IMG/VR virus record: IMGVR_UViG_3300045988_060089
DNA: 58,206 nt
Strand: one strand, 5' to 3'
Source of the DNA: a virus
A model generated the notes under the pieces. That model was not told the DNA's origin, ran no database searches, and saw nothing but the letters and a program-made list of their open reading frames with translations. The stretch's first letter is position 1. The number at the start of each line of letters is the position of its first letter. The translations under genes and the position numbers were made by a program. Shown one piece after another: positions 1 to 7,908 of this stretch.

Positions 1-162
1 TTTGTAACCTGTGGCAGAGGATGCACCGCAGTTACCTGTGGCAGAGGATGCACCGCAGTCACCTGTGGCAGAGGATGCACCGCAGTTACCTGTGGCAGAG
101 GATGCACCTTTGTAACCTGTGGCAGAGGATGCACCGCAGTTACCTGTGGCAGAGGATGCACC
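1..162. repeat. 27-bp coding tandem repeat, 6 units (array continues at 58076-58206)
   Basis: Units (tttgta/gcagtt/gcagtc)acctgtggcagaggatgcacc at 1,28,55,82,109,136. The minus strand reads GASSATG+YK/NC/DC. Confidence 0.95.
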
Positions 163-510
163 GTAGTCTTCATCACTTTCAGCTTCTTTTTTAACTCTAC
201 TCATAGTAAAATCAATGGCCGCCTTTACCAGTCCAGAAATATCCAATCTCGCACCAATCTTTATTTTTGTGGATGCAACCTTGGAATCATCTTCACCTCT
301 GTCAAATTCACCGTTCTGCTCCACTTCATGGTAAACAGATTCGTTCGGAGAATAATAACCAAGGCAATCCAGAGGATATTCACAAGCATGGAATCCGCTG
401 TGGCAGGCATCTGCTGTCTCCTCTTCGTACTCCTTGCCTTCTTCGTACTGAAATCCACGGCAAGTCATGTCCTTGTTGAACCCTTTGTAACTCTTAATTA
501 CTTTTTCCAT
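1..510 (-). CDS. Repeat protein, 5-prime part: GFHAC-motif N-terminal domain (DUF7666-like, from memory) followed by GASSATGxx nonapeptide repeats; continues at 57825-58206
   Basis: ATG at 510 preceded by ggaggaagtgaaaa. Translates MEKVIKSYKGFNKDMTCRGFQYEEGKEY..CHSGFHACEYPLDCLGYY..MSRVKKEAESDEDY then repeats. Open to nt 1 (exactly 170 codons). Confidence 0.75.
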   Translation of the reverse strand, partial: MEKVIKSYKGFNKDMTCRGFQYEEGKEYEEETADACHSGFHACEYPLDCLGYYSPNESVYHEVEQNGEFDRGEDDSKVASTKIKIGARLDISGLVKAAIDFTMSRVKKEAESDEDYGASSATGNCGASSATGYKGASSATGNCGASSATGDCGASSATGNCGASSATGYK

Positions 511-2455
511 TTTTCACTTCCTCCACTTTCAAAACCGCATCATCACTTCTTCGGAACATAATCAACTGACTGTCAACATCAGGAATCTTCCAAGGGTCAA
601 GGCTTTCGGTATCGTCAACCATGATAGGCAATTCCACACCAAACCGCTTCTGAAACGCATTGCAAATGTCAATCTCCGTCAGAATCCTTGCTCCGTGGTT
701 CATGTTTCGGCTGTAAGGCTCTCCACGGTATGTAAAGTCACAACATTCTTCCGTGTCACCATTCACAAGAGGTCTGAACATCCGCACAGTGCAGAAAGAA
801 AGATACTTGTTCACATCAGCTTCCAACAGTTCGTTCTTCTTCCGGCTGAATTTCTTTAACAGGTCAAGCTGTGCCTGCACATCTGTAATCTTCTGTGCAA
901 TGTTCTTGCGCTCCTGTTCCAGTTCTGTGATACGCCTATCCACACTCTCGTTAATGCTTACACTCGCCAAAGACTTATCAACCACGGAAATATCCTTGCG
1001 GATCTGCTCTTCATCACATTTTAACTGGAATCTAAGAAGATTCATGTCAGTGAATTTGTGCATGGCAGCTTCTTTCTCTGCAATCTGCGACTGAATAGCT
1101 TTGTATTCTTCTGTGTTGGAAATATCCACGCTTGCCGGAATGGAATTTAAGACATTATCAGCAATGGCAATCTCTTTTTCCAACCTCTCCATTTCATCCT
1201 CGGTCTTTTTCAGTTCCTCACGCTTATGTTCCAGTTCTGCCTGATCCGATTTGATATGGTCAGCACATGAAGAACCCTCTTTGGTAATCAGTTCCAGTTC
1301 ATGTGCCTTATGCGTATCAAACTCCGTTCTTAACTGCTCTTTCTTCTCTTCCGGATATTCCTGTCCACAGTAGGGGCAAATCAAAGAGTTTTCATCAAAT
1401 TTAAGGCTTTTATTCAAATCCCAACTCTTCTTCAATTCCTGTCTCTTCTGCTCATACTGTGCAATGCGCTTTTCCAGTGCAGAGATCTCTTCACGAATGG
1501 TATCTGCCTTAAGCAACTCTTTCTGATGCTCATTCTGAACTTGGTTCAATGCCGTGTGCTTCTCTCTTCTGTCCACATCCAGTTTTTCATTTGCTTTCTG
1601 CTGCAATGCGCTCAACTGACCTTTTAACTCAATGATTCCATCAGAAAGCTTATCGTAGGACTTCATACTGTTCTGCGTATCTGTCTGCTGCTTAATGTTC
1701 TCTGACATCTTATCCAGTAAAGCTTTCTTTTTCAGTTCCAGATCCGCAAGGTCAATATCTACTCTCTGACGGCTCACCTCGTCAATACGGCTAGGAATTT
1801 CATCTAACAGATCCTGCAATCCCTTGGTTCCATTTCTTCCCCTTGTGCCGTACAACTGCGTATTGCAACGCTTTTTCAGTTCATCAACAGTGCCGTCCTG
1901 CAGAACAGCCCTTAATGCTTCAAACTCCGGAAACTGATTGCAAATGTCATCATTACTGTGCTGACCAAACATATCAGCAAGAATTGCTCTCTGATCCGTT
2001 CCACCTTTCAGAAGAAGTGTCATAGCATTGATGCAAAGTGAAAACTTATCTTTTCCGCAGACACTCTCTTCCAAAAATGCTTCAAAATCTGCTGCCTTTT
2101 TGGGAATATCATTCACATAGTAATCCGTGACATTCCCGGTAAACTCTCCTTTCTTATTGAAGTTCTGACGGCATACTTTTTTCAGAACCTTGTCTGTACC
2201 GTCAATCTCCACGGTAACTTCTGCGGTAATATCTCCGTCGATGTCATTGCCGTCCTTATCGTGCGGTCTGATTCCGGTGATCTCTCTGCCGTTCTCGTCA
2301 CGGCATCCAAAAATATACTGAATTGCTCTTTTGATCGTGGACTTACCTGTTTCATTTACACCGGAAACCTCTGTCCGGTCGTATAAATCAGTGTCCACTA
2401 CGTTAGAACCATAGAATTTGCAGAAATTCTGCAAAAAGGTGTGTTTAATCCTCAT
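494..2455 (-). CDS. SMC/Rad50/SbcC-like ATPase with coiled coil and CxxC zinc-hook
   Basis: Start MRIKHTFLQNF. Walker A GVNETGKST, long heptad-rich middle with ICPYCGQEYPEE, C-terminal LPIMVDDTESLD (Walker B/D-loop-like). Confidence 0.75.
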   Translation of the reverse strand: MRIKHTFLQNFCKFYGSNVVDTDLYDRTEVSGVNETGKSTIKRAIQYIFGCRDENGREITGIRPHDKDGNDIDGDITAEVTVEIDGTDKVLKKVCRQNFNKKGEFTGNVTDYYVNDIPKKAADFEAFLEESVCGKDKFSLCINAMTLLLKGGTDQRAILADMFGQHSNDDICNQFPEFEALRAVLQDGTVDELKKRCNTQLYGTRGRNGTKGLQDLLDEIPSRIDEVSRQRVDIDLADLELKKKALLDKMSENIKQQTDTQNSMKSYDKLSDGIIELKGQLSALQQKANEKLDVDRREKHTALNQVQNEHQKELLKADTIREEISALEKRIAQYEQKRQELKKSWDLNKSLKFDENSLICPYCGQEYPEEKKEQLRTEFDTHKAHELELITKEGSSCADHIKSDQAELEHKREELKKTEDEMERLEKEIAIADNVLNSIPASVDISNTEEYKAIQSQIAEKEAAMHKFTDMNLLRFQLKCDEEQIRKDISVVDKSLASVSINESVDRRITELEQERKNIAQKITDVQAQLDLLKKFSRKKNELLEADVNKYLSFCTVRMFRPLVNGDTEECCDFTYRGEPYSRNMNHGARILTEIDICNAFQKRFGVELPIMVDDTESLDPWKIPDVDSQLIMFRRSDDAVLKVEEVKNGKSN

Positions 2456-2765
2456 TTTTCCTATCCTCCCAAAGATATAAATACAGTGAATTAACAAACA
2501 TATAGATTGAGACCGGCTTGTCTGTCTCATTGATCTCCTTGTATAGCTCTGTGCTTGGGTTCATCTTATCAACAACCCACTTGATCGCCCGGTACACGCT
2601 TTCCTTGGTTGTGCTGTGTTCCTCTCCGATAATCCGGTAGATTTCAGAAAGTCTTCTGTTCCGGTTCTCAAACATCAGCGTTTCAACCTCGATGATGTAC
2701 TGGAATCCCGGCAAGTACTGTTTCAGCCCCAGTTCTACCAAGATTTTTCTTATCTTCCTTTCCAT
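2445..2765 (-). CDS. Spo0A C-terminal (DNA-binding) domain-only protein
   Basis: IRKILVELGLKQYLPGFQYIIEVETLMF..IYRIIGEEHSTTKESVYRAIKWVV matches the Spo0A_C pattern ([40 protein letters not shown]). No receiver domain. Confidence 0.65.
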   Translation of the reverse strand: MERKIRKILVELGLKQYLPGFQYIIEVETLMFENRNRRLSEIYRIIGEEHSTTKESVYRAIKWVVDKMNPSTELYKEINETDKPVSIYMFVNSLYLYLWEDRKNED

Positions 2766-2784
2766 TTCCTCACTCCTCCGGCTT

Positions 2785-2907
2785 TCAGTCTTCTGTTACG
2801 TGGATCATGTTGTCCTCTTCGCTGATATACAAGATTCCTGCATCTAACAGTCTTGCAATCAGAATCTCATTCGCACGGACGATGGGGATAATCTGTTGTT
2901 TCTGCAT
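2785..2907 (-). CDS. Small hypothetical protein (40 aa)
   Basis: aaaggag SD 8 nt before the ATG. MQKQQIIPIVRANEILIARLLDAGILYISEEDNMIHVTED. Below the ORF-track size cutoff; overlaps the end of the upstream ORF. Confidence 0.3.
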   Translation of the reverse strand: MQKQQIIPIVRANEILIARLLDAGILYISEEDNMIHVTED

Positions 2908-3061
2908 AAAAATACTCCTTTCTTAACCATTTTTTCTTCCCGGTATTGCGGTTTACAATTCTGTAATAGAATGCTGTTTCACGGTCAACTTCCCATTCTT
3001 TCGGACTGTAAAATATCTTTCCGATGCACCCTTTGACGGTAAACCGCTTTTTGGCACTCAT
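2867..3061 (-). CDS. Hypothetical protein
   Basis: ORF track 2867-3094; internal start MSAKKRFTVKG abuts the stop of the upstream gene. Confidence 0.45.
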   Translation of the reverse strand: MSAKKRFTVKGCIGKIFYSPKEWEVDRETAFYYRIVNRNTGKKKWLRKEYFYAETTDYPHRPCE

Positions 3062-3450
3062 ACGGTGTCCTCCGCAAGTTTTCCTTGTCTCCACAATGTT
3101 ACATCATCAAAGCCTTTAGCTGAAAAAGAAGTAGCACCATTAGTCCATGTAAATATTCCCCCATTTTTGAATCTTGCAAAATATCTAGGACACCAAGATT
3201 CACTGTCAGAATCTCTTACGAATACCTTTGTATCCACCGGCACTTTTGACCAGTCAACAGGTGGTTCAACATATTCCTGCTCTGCCCATTCTTTGAACCT
3301 TTCCCTGCATCTGCTTTTATCACTCCATGCGCAATCGGAACAAAGTATTACATTGCAATCACATAACTTTCCTTCTTTGTCCACAGCTATCTCTATACTA
3401 TCAAGTGCCATGTCAATAATCTGTTCCGCATACTTCTCTCTGTTCGTCAT
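3058..3450 (-). CDS. Hypothetical protein (Cys-containing, 130 aa)
   Basis: ORF track; ATGA-type overlap with flanking genes in the early operon. Confidence 0.6.
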   Translation of the reverse strand: MTNREKYAEQIIDMALDSIEIAVDKEGKLCDCNVILCSDCAWSDKSRCRERFKEWAEQEYVEPPVDWSKVPVDTKVFVRDSDSESWCPRYFARFKNGGIFTWTNGATSFSAKGFDDVTLWRQGKLAEDTV

Positions 3451-3929
3451 TTTCCATTCATCCTTTCCAGTTCTGCGCTCCTGGTTAATATCCAGTCTGC
3501 GTAATCACTTAATTCTGTCTTTGTAGCTGCGTTCTTCTCTCCGTGGTAAACCATGAGTACAATTCCTACATCGCAGTACTTTTCAAACAATTCCGACAAG
3601 TAGTCGGCTCCCACATGAACATTACCGTCCACGGAGTAAATGTCCGTCACTCCCAAACGCTCCATGCGGTCTTTATGCCATCTGTCAGAAATCTGCATCA
3701 GACCTTTGCAACCGCCACTTTCCACATCCGGTCTGCCGGAAGATTCTTTCTCGATCATTGCCATGAGCAGTTCCGGGCAGATGCCGTATTCCTCACCGTA
3801 CTTTACACACGATTCCTGCGCTTCCTCGGAGATAAAACTGCCGGCTGTCTGTGCCGTGGATGTAAATGTGATGGAGAGTGCTATTATAATAGGAAGAAAC
3901 AGCTTCAATGTTGTTCTCATAAAATCCAC
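3447..3929 (-). CDS. Secreted lytic transglycosylase (SLT domain)
   Basis: N-terminal signal-like LKLFLPIIIALSITFTSTAQTAG. SLT motifs MIEKESSG, GLMQI, ADYL. Confidence 0.8.
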   Translation of the reverse strand: MDFMRTTLKLFLPIIIALSITFTSTAQTAGSFISEEAQESCVKYGEEYGICPELLMAMIEKESSGRPDVESGGCKGLMQISDRWHKDRMERLGVTDIYSVDGNVHVGADYLSELFEKYCDVGIVLMVYHGEKNAATKTELSDYADWILTRSAELERMNGK

Positions 3930-4188
3930 AATCTCCTTTTCATATCAAATATTTTATTGCTAACTGGACTATTAAACTGGTTATAGTAGAAACAAATATC
4001 GTCCATAGAATTTCCTCGTTTCTAATAAACCAAAACTTTATTTTGATTTTTAAAGGAGCTGATTTACAATGTTCCTTATTTCTCTTCTTTAATATTCTTT
4101 TTTCTCTATATAACATAGAGTAGAATCACCCCCGTGAATATTCCTAATAGCCAGAAGAAAACCATAAGGACAACATCAACTATTTTTC

Positions 4189-4971
4189 TCATACGCAATA
4201 CCTCATAGCATATCTCCTTACGATATTCTCAAAGATTACTCTCAATCTTACATTGTCAAAAATAACCGCAATCTTTGTAGTTCCTTCTTTGATAGCTGTT
4301 TTTGTGTTGCCTGCATCTTCCATACGCTTGATTTTATTGCCCTGAAGCCTTGCTAAAACACAATGTGCTTCATTTTCCAATTCACCATACATCTGATTGT
4401 AAAGTGTCTGATAGTCAATACCGCTCTTTGCGGAAATATTGCGTACCTTTGCATTAATGTCTGCTTTCCAGTCTCCGATAGGCTCTGTGAAAATTTCTTT
4501 CATGTTGGTGACTGTACTTTCCAACTTCTGAACCTGTTCAGCTTGTTTCTTCTGTTCCAGTTCCTGTCGTGCCATGCTCTCAGCCAGTGACATAACCATC
4601 TGCATCTGTGGAGAAAGTTGTGAACGGTTGATTACTTCCTGCTTCGCCCTGTCCTCTATGGTGATAAAATACTGTCTTGCTTCTTTTCCCCTTGCAGAAT
4701 GGCTTTCCATTGACAGATGTTTTGCAAAGTCGGTAGTCAGTCGGTAATCCTTGCATTCATTACCGTTCGTCACAGTGACGAACCCCCACCAATCCTTGTT
4801 TTCTTCATAGAACTCATTCTGTTCAATGTTCCTTTTCGCCCATTTTGAAAAGTTGCTTTTCTCTCCGCTTAAGAACTCATACAGTGCTTTTGCGGTAGTC
4901 ATTCCGTTTTCATCAACACCAAGCGCAATCTCAATGGGTGTTTTCATGTTTGATGTTTGTAATTCGTTCAT
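4189..4971 (-). CDS. AntA/AntB-type phage antirepressor
   Basis: N-terminus TPIEIALGVDENGMTTAKALYEFL..FSKWAKRNI..DYRLTTDFAKHLSM is typical of the AntA domain; helical C-terminal half. Confidence 0.75.
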   Translation of the reverse strand: MNELQTSNMKTPIEIALGVDENGMTTAKALYEFLSGEKSNFSKWAKRNIEQNEFYEENKDWWGFVTVTNGNECKDYRLTTDFAKHLSMESHSARGKEARQYFITIEDRAKQEVINRSQLSPQMQMVMSLAESMARQELEQKKQAEQVQKLESTVTNMKEIFTEPIGDWKADINAKVRNISAKSGIDYQTLYNQMYGELENEAHCVLARLQGNKIKRMEDAGNTKTAIKEGTTKIAVIFDNVRLRVIFENIVRRYAMRYCV

Positions 4972-5017
4972 TGTTCTCCTTTCTGTGGTATAATGTTCTA
5001 AAAACTGGAGGTTTCAT

Positions 5018-5398
5018 ATGCTTCTCAAAATCGAAAGAAAAGTACTTAGGAAAACTGTAAAATCTTCTGAATGTTCCATTTCATTGTCTGAAATAGGGAA
5101 TTACAATGGTGAAGATGTTTACCAAGCATTTTTGTCCTTAAAGGAAAAGGGATATTTCACCATAGTTAGTTCATCCATAAATCGTGAAATGTTCACATTC
5201 ACTTTGTCTTCAAAAGGAAGATTCTACAAAGAACATTTATTTCTCTCATTTTTGAGAAATATACTCATACCGTTTGTTGTAGCTTTAATAACTGCAACTG
5301 CCACATACCACTTAGAAAAAGTAGCAGATAGCTATTCCGACAGCCGCCCCAGCCAATGCACTTATGAACTGAACCAGTGCAGTGATCCACGGTTCTAA
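5018..5398 (+). CDS. Hypothetical protein with C-terminal TM helix
   Basis: ggagg SD before the ATG; ILIPFVVALITATATY hydrophobic segment. Confidence 0.55.
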   Translation: MLLKIERKVLRKTVKSSECSISLSEIGNYNGEDVYQAFLSLKEKGYFTIVSSSINREMFTFTLSSKGRFYKEHLFLSFLRNILIPFVVALITATATYHLEKVADSYSDSRPSQCTYELNQCSDPRF

Positions 5399-5439
5399 TT
5401 TGTCAAGAAGATCTCTCTTCTGGCGGTAAGTCCATTTTT

Positions 5440-5592
5440 TCATTCATGTTCTCCTTTCATTGCATGAGAAACTGCATTGCAAATGGTCGTATGCTGTTTC
5501 TCATCATCATTCATGGACTTCTCAATTCTTTTCAGAGTACCTTCAATGCTCTTTAAGGTTTTGAGAAGTTCTCTCTCAAATTGGCTTTGCAT
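5440..5592 (-). CDS. Small hypothetical protein (50 aa)
   Basis: Internal start MQSQFERELL of track ORF 5440-5664, overlapping the stop of the 5576-5728 ORF. Confidence 0.4.
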   Translation of the reverse strand: MQSQFERELLKTLKSIEGTLKRIEKSMNDDEKQHTTICNAVSHAMKGEHE

Positions 5593-5728
5593 TTTCTTCC
5601 CCCTGCTTCTTAACAGATTCCTCTGCCATCTTCTCTGTCTTTCCGAGAATATATCCCTTGTCAAAATCGGACATATTCGGAATGGCTCTCTTTAACTTCT
5701 CAACGATTTTTTTCTCTTTTTCACTCAT
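5576..5728 (-). CDS. Small hypothetical protein (50 aa)
   Basis: MSEKEKKIVEKLKRAIPNMSDFDKGYILGKTEKMAEE..; below the track cutoff. First gene after the divergent region. Confidence 0.45.
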   Translation of the reverse strand: MSEKEKKIVEKLKRAIPNMSDFDKGYILGKTEKMAEESVKKQGEENAKPI

Positions 5729-5788
5729 TCAATTAACTCCCTATTTGTGGTATACTCTCCTTATTCTGATATAAGGAGGTGAATTACA

Positions 5789-5980
5789 TTGGATTCCAAA
5801 GAATACGCATCCGCTTACGCCATTGCTAAAATTTGTGGATATACCGGAAGTTTTGATGATTTTAAGAACCTGTACGACCAATACTATTCCGAAATCATCA
5901 ATTCTTTACCGGAAGAAAAACCACAATTAGCAAAAGCCGAAGCAATTAGCAATCCTTTCCAAATCCAGAGCCGTTCCTAA
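5789..5980 (+). CDS. Hypothetical protein (TTG start)
   Basis: aaggaggtg SD 8 nt before the TTG; converges on and overlaps 5946-6191. Confidence 0.3.
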   Translation: MDSKEYASAYAIAKICGYTGSFDDFKNLYDQYYSEIINSLPEEKPQLAKAEAISNPFQIQSRS

Positions 5981-6191
5981 AAGGCGAAATGGCGGTAAGT
6001 ACTTTGATAGACAAATCAATATTTGTTTCTTCGATTTTCTTATCGCCATCTATAATGCTTTTGTAATCTTCGATAATGTCAAACGCAATGTGCTGTGCCA
6101 TCTCGTCAATTCCAACAAAACGTGAATCAGCTTTCTGAACTATATTTGCTTTACCGTTTTTGTCTAAAACCACATATCTCTGTTTTTCCAT
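5946..6191 (-). CDS. Hypothetical protein, first gene of the leftward early operon
   Basis: ORF track; divergent from the XRE repressor gene. Confidence 0.55.
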   Translation of the reverse strand: MEKQRYVVLDKNGKANIVQKADSRFVGIDEMAQHIAFDIIEDYKSIIDGDKKIEETNIDLSIKVLTAISPFRNGSGFGKDC

Positions 6192-6206
6192 ATTCTCACC
6201 TCTTTT

Positions 6207-6293
6207 CTGTTGACCTTGTAAACATATTATAGTCCCTTAGAAACTTTATGTCAACACATTTTTGTTGACTTGGGGACTTTTTGGGTGTATATT
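6207..6293 (+). promoter_or_regulatory. Divergent switch region: sigma70-type promoter plus TGTTGAC operator half-sites
   Basis: TTGACT (6265-6270), 17 nt, TATATT (6288-6293). TGTTGAC at 6207-6213 and 6263-6269, inverted GTCAACA at 6251-6257. Confidence 0.5.
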
Positions 6294-6315
6294 ATTAGTG
6301 AAAGGAGGGATGTAA

Positions 6316-6684
6316 ATGAATGAGAGAATCAAATCTTTGCGAAAGTATTTGAATATGACACAAGATGATTTTTCAAAGCAAATCGGCTTGTCAAGAAACT
6401 ATATTGCGCAAGTTGAGATAGGCACGAAGACACCATCTGAAAGAACCATATCTGATATTTGCAGAGAGTTTGATGTAAACGAAGAATGGCTCCGAAATGG
6501 AACTGGTGAAATGCTTGTTCAGAAATCAAAAGACGAACAAATCTCTGAAATGCTCGGAGAAATTCAAAAGTCCGGTGAAGATACATTTAAGCACCGTCTT
6601 GTATCCGCACTGGCCAACTTGGACGAAGATGGATGGAACTCTTTGGAAAAGTTGATTGATTCAATCGCAAAAAAGAACGAATAA
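6316..6684 (+). CDS. XRE/Cro-CI family HTH repressor
   Basis: IKSLRKYLNMTQDDFSKQIGLSRNYIAQVEIGTKTPS is a canonical HTH_3; ggaggg SD. Confidence 0.85.
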   Translation: MNERIKSLRKYLNMTQDDFSKQIGLSRNYIAQVEIGTKTPSERTISDICREFDVNEEWLRNGTGEMLVQKSKDEQISEMLGEIQKSGEDTFKHRLVSALANLDEDGWNSLEKLIDSIAKKNE

Positions 6685-6688
6685 GAAA

Positions 6689-6724
6689 AAGCCAAGGGCA
6701 ATGCGCAAGTCCTTGGCTCTTTTC
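6689..6724. terminator. Bidirectional rho-independent terminator
   Basis: Stem gccaagg(6691-6697)/ccttggc(6711-6717), flanked by an A-run upstream and tcttttc downstream; lies between convergent genes. Confidence 0.7.
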
Positions 6725-6726
6725 CT

Positions 6727-6834
6727 TTATCTAAGTAATTTTTTAACATAGGCATAAATGCACTCTAACCAATGTAAATTATCGCAAGCATTGATTAGCT
6801 TTGTGATTTCCTCTTTGTAATCTTCTTTCCCCAT
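6727..6834 (-). CDS. Small hypothetical protein (35 aa), paralogue of 37767-37871
   Basis: MGKEDYKEEITKLINACDNLHWLECIYAYVKKLLR; same pattern as MREELIKKIICNLENTSIHFLKCILAYTNILCDR. Confidence 0.35.
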   Translation of the reverse strand: MGKEDYKEEITKLINACDNLHWLECIYAYVKKLLR

Positions 6835-7052
6835 AGTACACCCCCCTAATCTTTCCGCACTTGGTAGCGATACCTAAATTATAGAACATATGTTCTTAAC
6901 AATCAATATATTTGACTCACGTTTTTTATTGTTGTAAAATATCAACAAAAGAGGACGGTGAAAACGCCAATAAACACCGCCCTCGCCAGAACTTGAAGTC
7001 CCTTGAAACAAGGGATGTTACAAGTGTATCATGTGAAAGGGGGATAAAAAAC

Positions 7053-7844
7053 ATGATGAAAAAAGACCGAATCAAAGAAATTTCGACACATTTATCAGTC
7101 AACCGTACTAATTATATGTTAAGTTTTCGTGGAAATCTCCATGAATTTCTAAATGAGCCGGACATGACGGTTTACAAGCTTGCAGATGAAGCTAATTTGC
7201 CTTATTCTACGCTTAATTCACTACTATACGGTAATTCTAACGACACAAAGCTATCGACCGCTGTTGCGCTTGCTAGAGCCTTTGGAATCAGCGTAGATGA
7301 GTTGGTAGGCTGTGGTACTATGGAAGATAAGATGTTGGAATCTGTCAAGATATGCCGCAGTCTGCCGGAACACTCTCTGTACCTTATCCGCTACTCCATC
7401 CGTCACCAAGATAAAATCTATTCCAGTCTTGAAAAATCACACAAGTATATTTCTGTCCTTAAACCGCAACTTGTGAATGGAATTATAGCCACCACAAACG
7501 CTGTAGAACCTATTTGCATAGACAAATTACCGGAAGATATAAAATCCAAGACTTATATCGGTTTGAAAATTCCCTGTGACTACTATATGCCGTTTTATCT
7601 GCCTGGGGAAATTGTTCTCCTTGCAGCGGATCGGGAACCACAAGACGGTGAACGATGTATTGTAACAAGTAATGGTGGGATACAAATTGCCGTAAAAACC
7701 CATATAATAGAATATGGCGTTAGAAAATGGAGATATGTTTCGCTCATGTCTCCGAACAGTATACTTCCGGAACACATAATTGATGACATGATAGGATATG
7801 TGGTTGGTTTTGTCAACAATGACGGTGACTGGGGAATCAGATAA
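7053..7844 (+). CDS. CI/LexA-like repressor: XRE HTH plus S24-like C-terminal domain (nucleophile apparently substituted)
   Basis: Start MMKKDRIKE after gggggataaaaaac. HTH MTVYKLADEANLPYSTLNSLLYG. C-terminus CDYYMPFYLPGEIVLLAAD..GERCIV aligns with the S24 GDSMxP..GDxVxV motif. Confidence 0.75.
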   Translation: MMKKDRIKEISTHLSVNRTNYMLSFRGNLHEFLNEPDMTVYKLADEANLPYSTLNSLLYGNSNDTKLSTAVALARAFGISVDELVGCGTMEDKMLESVKICRSLPEHSLYLIRYSIRHQDKIYSSLEKSHKYISVLKPQLVNGIIATTNAVEPICIDKLPEDIKSKTYIGLKIPCDYYMPFYLPGEIVLLAADREPQDGERCIVTSNGGIQIAVKTHIIEYGVRKWRYVSLMSPNSILPEHIIDDMIGYVVGFVNNDGDWGIR

Positions 7845-7852
7845 ATAGATTA

Positions 7853-7883
7853 AGAGCATGGCTTTTACACCATGCTCTTTTTT
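7853..7883. terminator. Rho-independent terminator
   Basis: agagcatgg (7853-7861) / ccatgctct (7870-7878) followed by ttttt. Confidence 0.75.
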
Positions 7884-7908
7884 GTTGTTATTTCGCAAAT
7901 ATTTTTTT

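Noticed and set aside
1-162. CRISPR array or transposon/LTR-type terminal repeats at both window ends
   Set aside because: The repeat units are directly adjacent with no spacers, are in frame within a protein-coding gene, and the two ends overlap as one array. There are no cas genes and no transposase.
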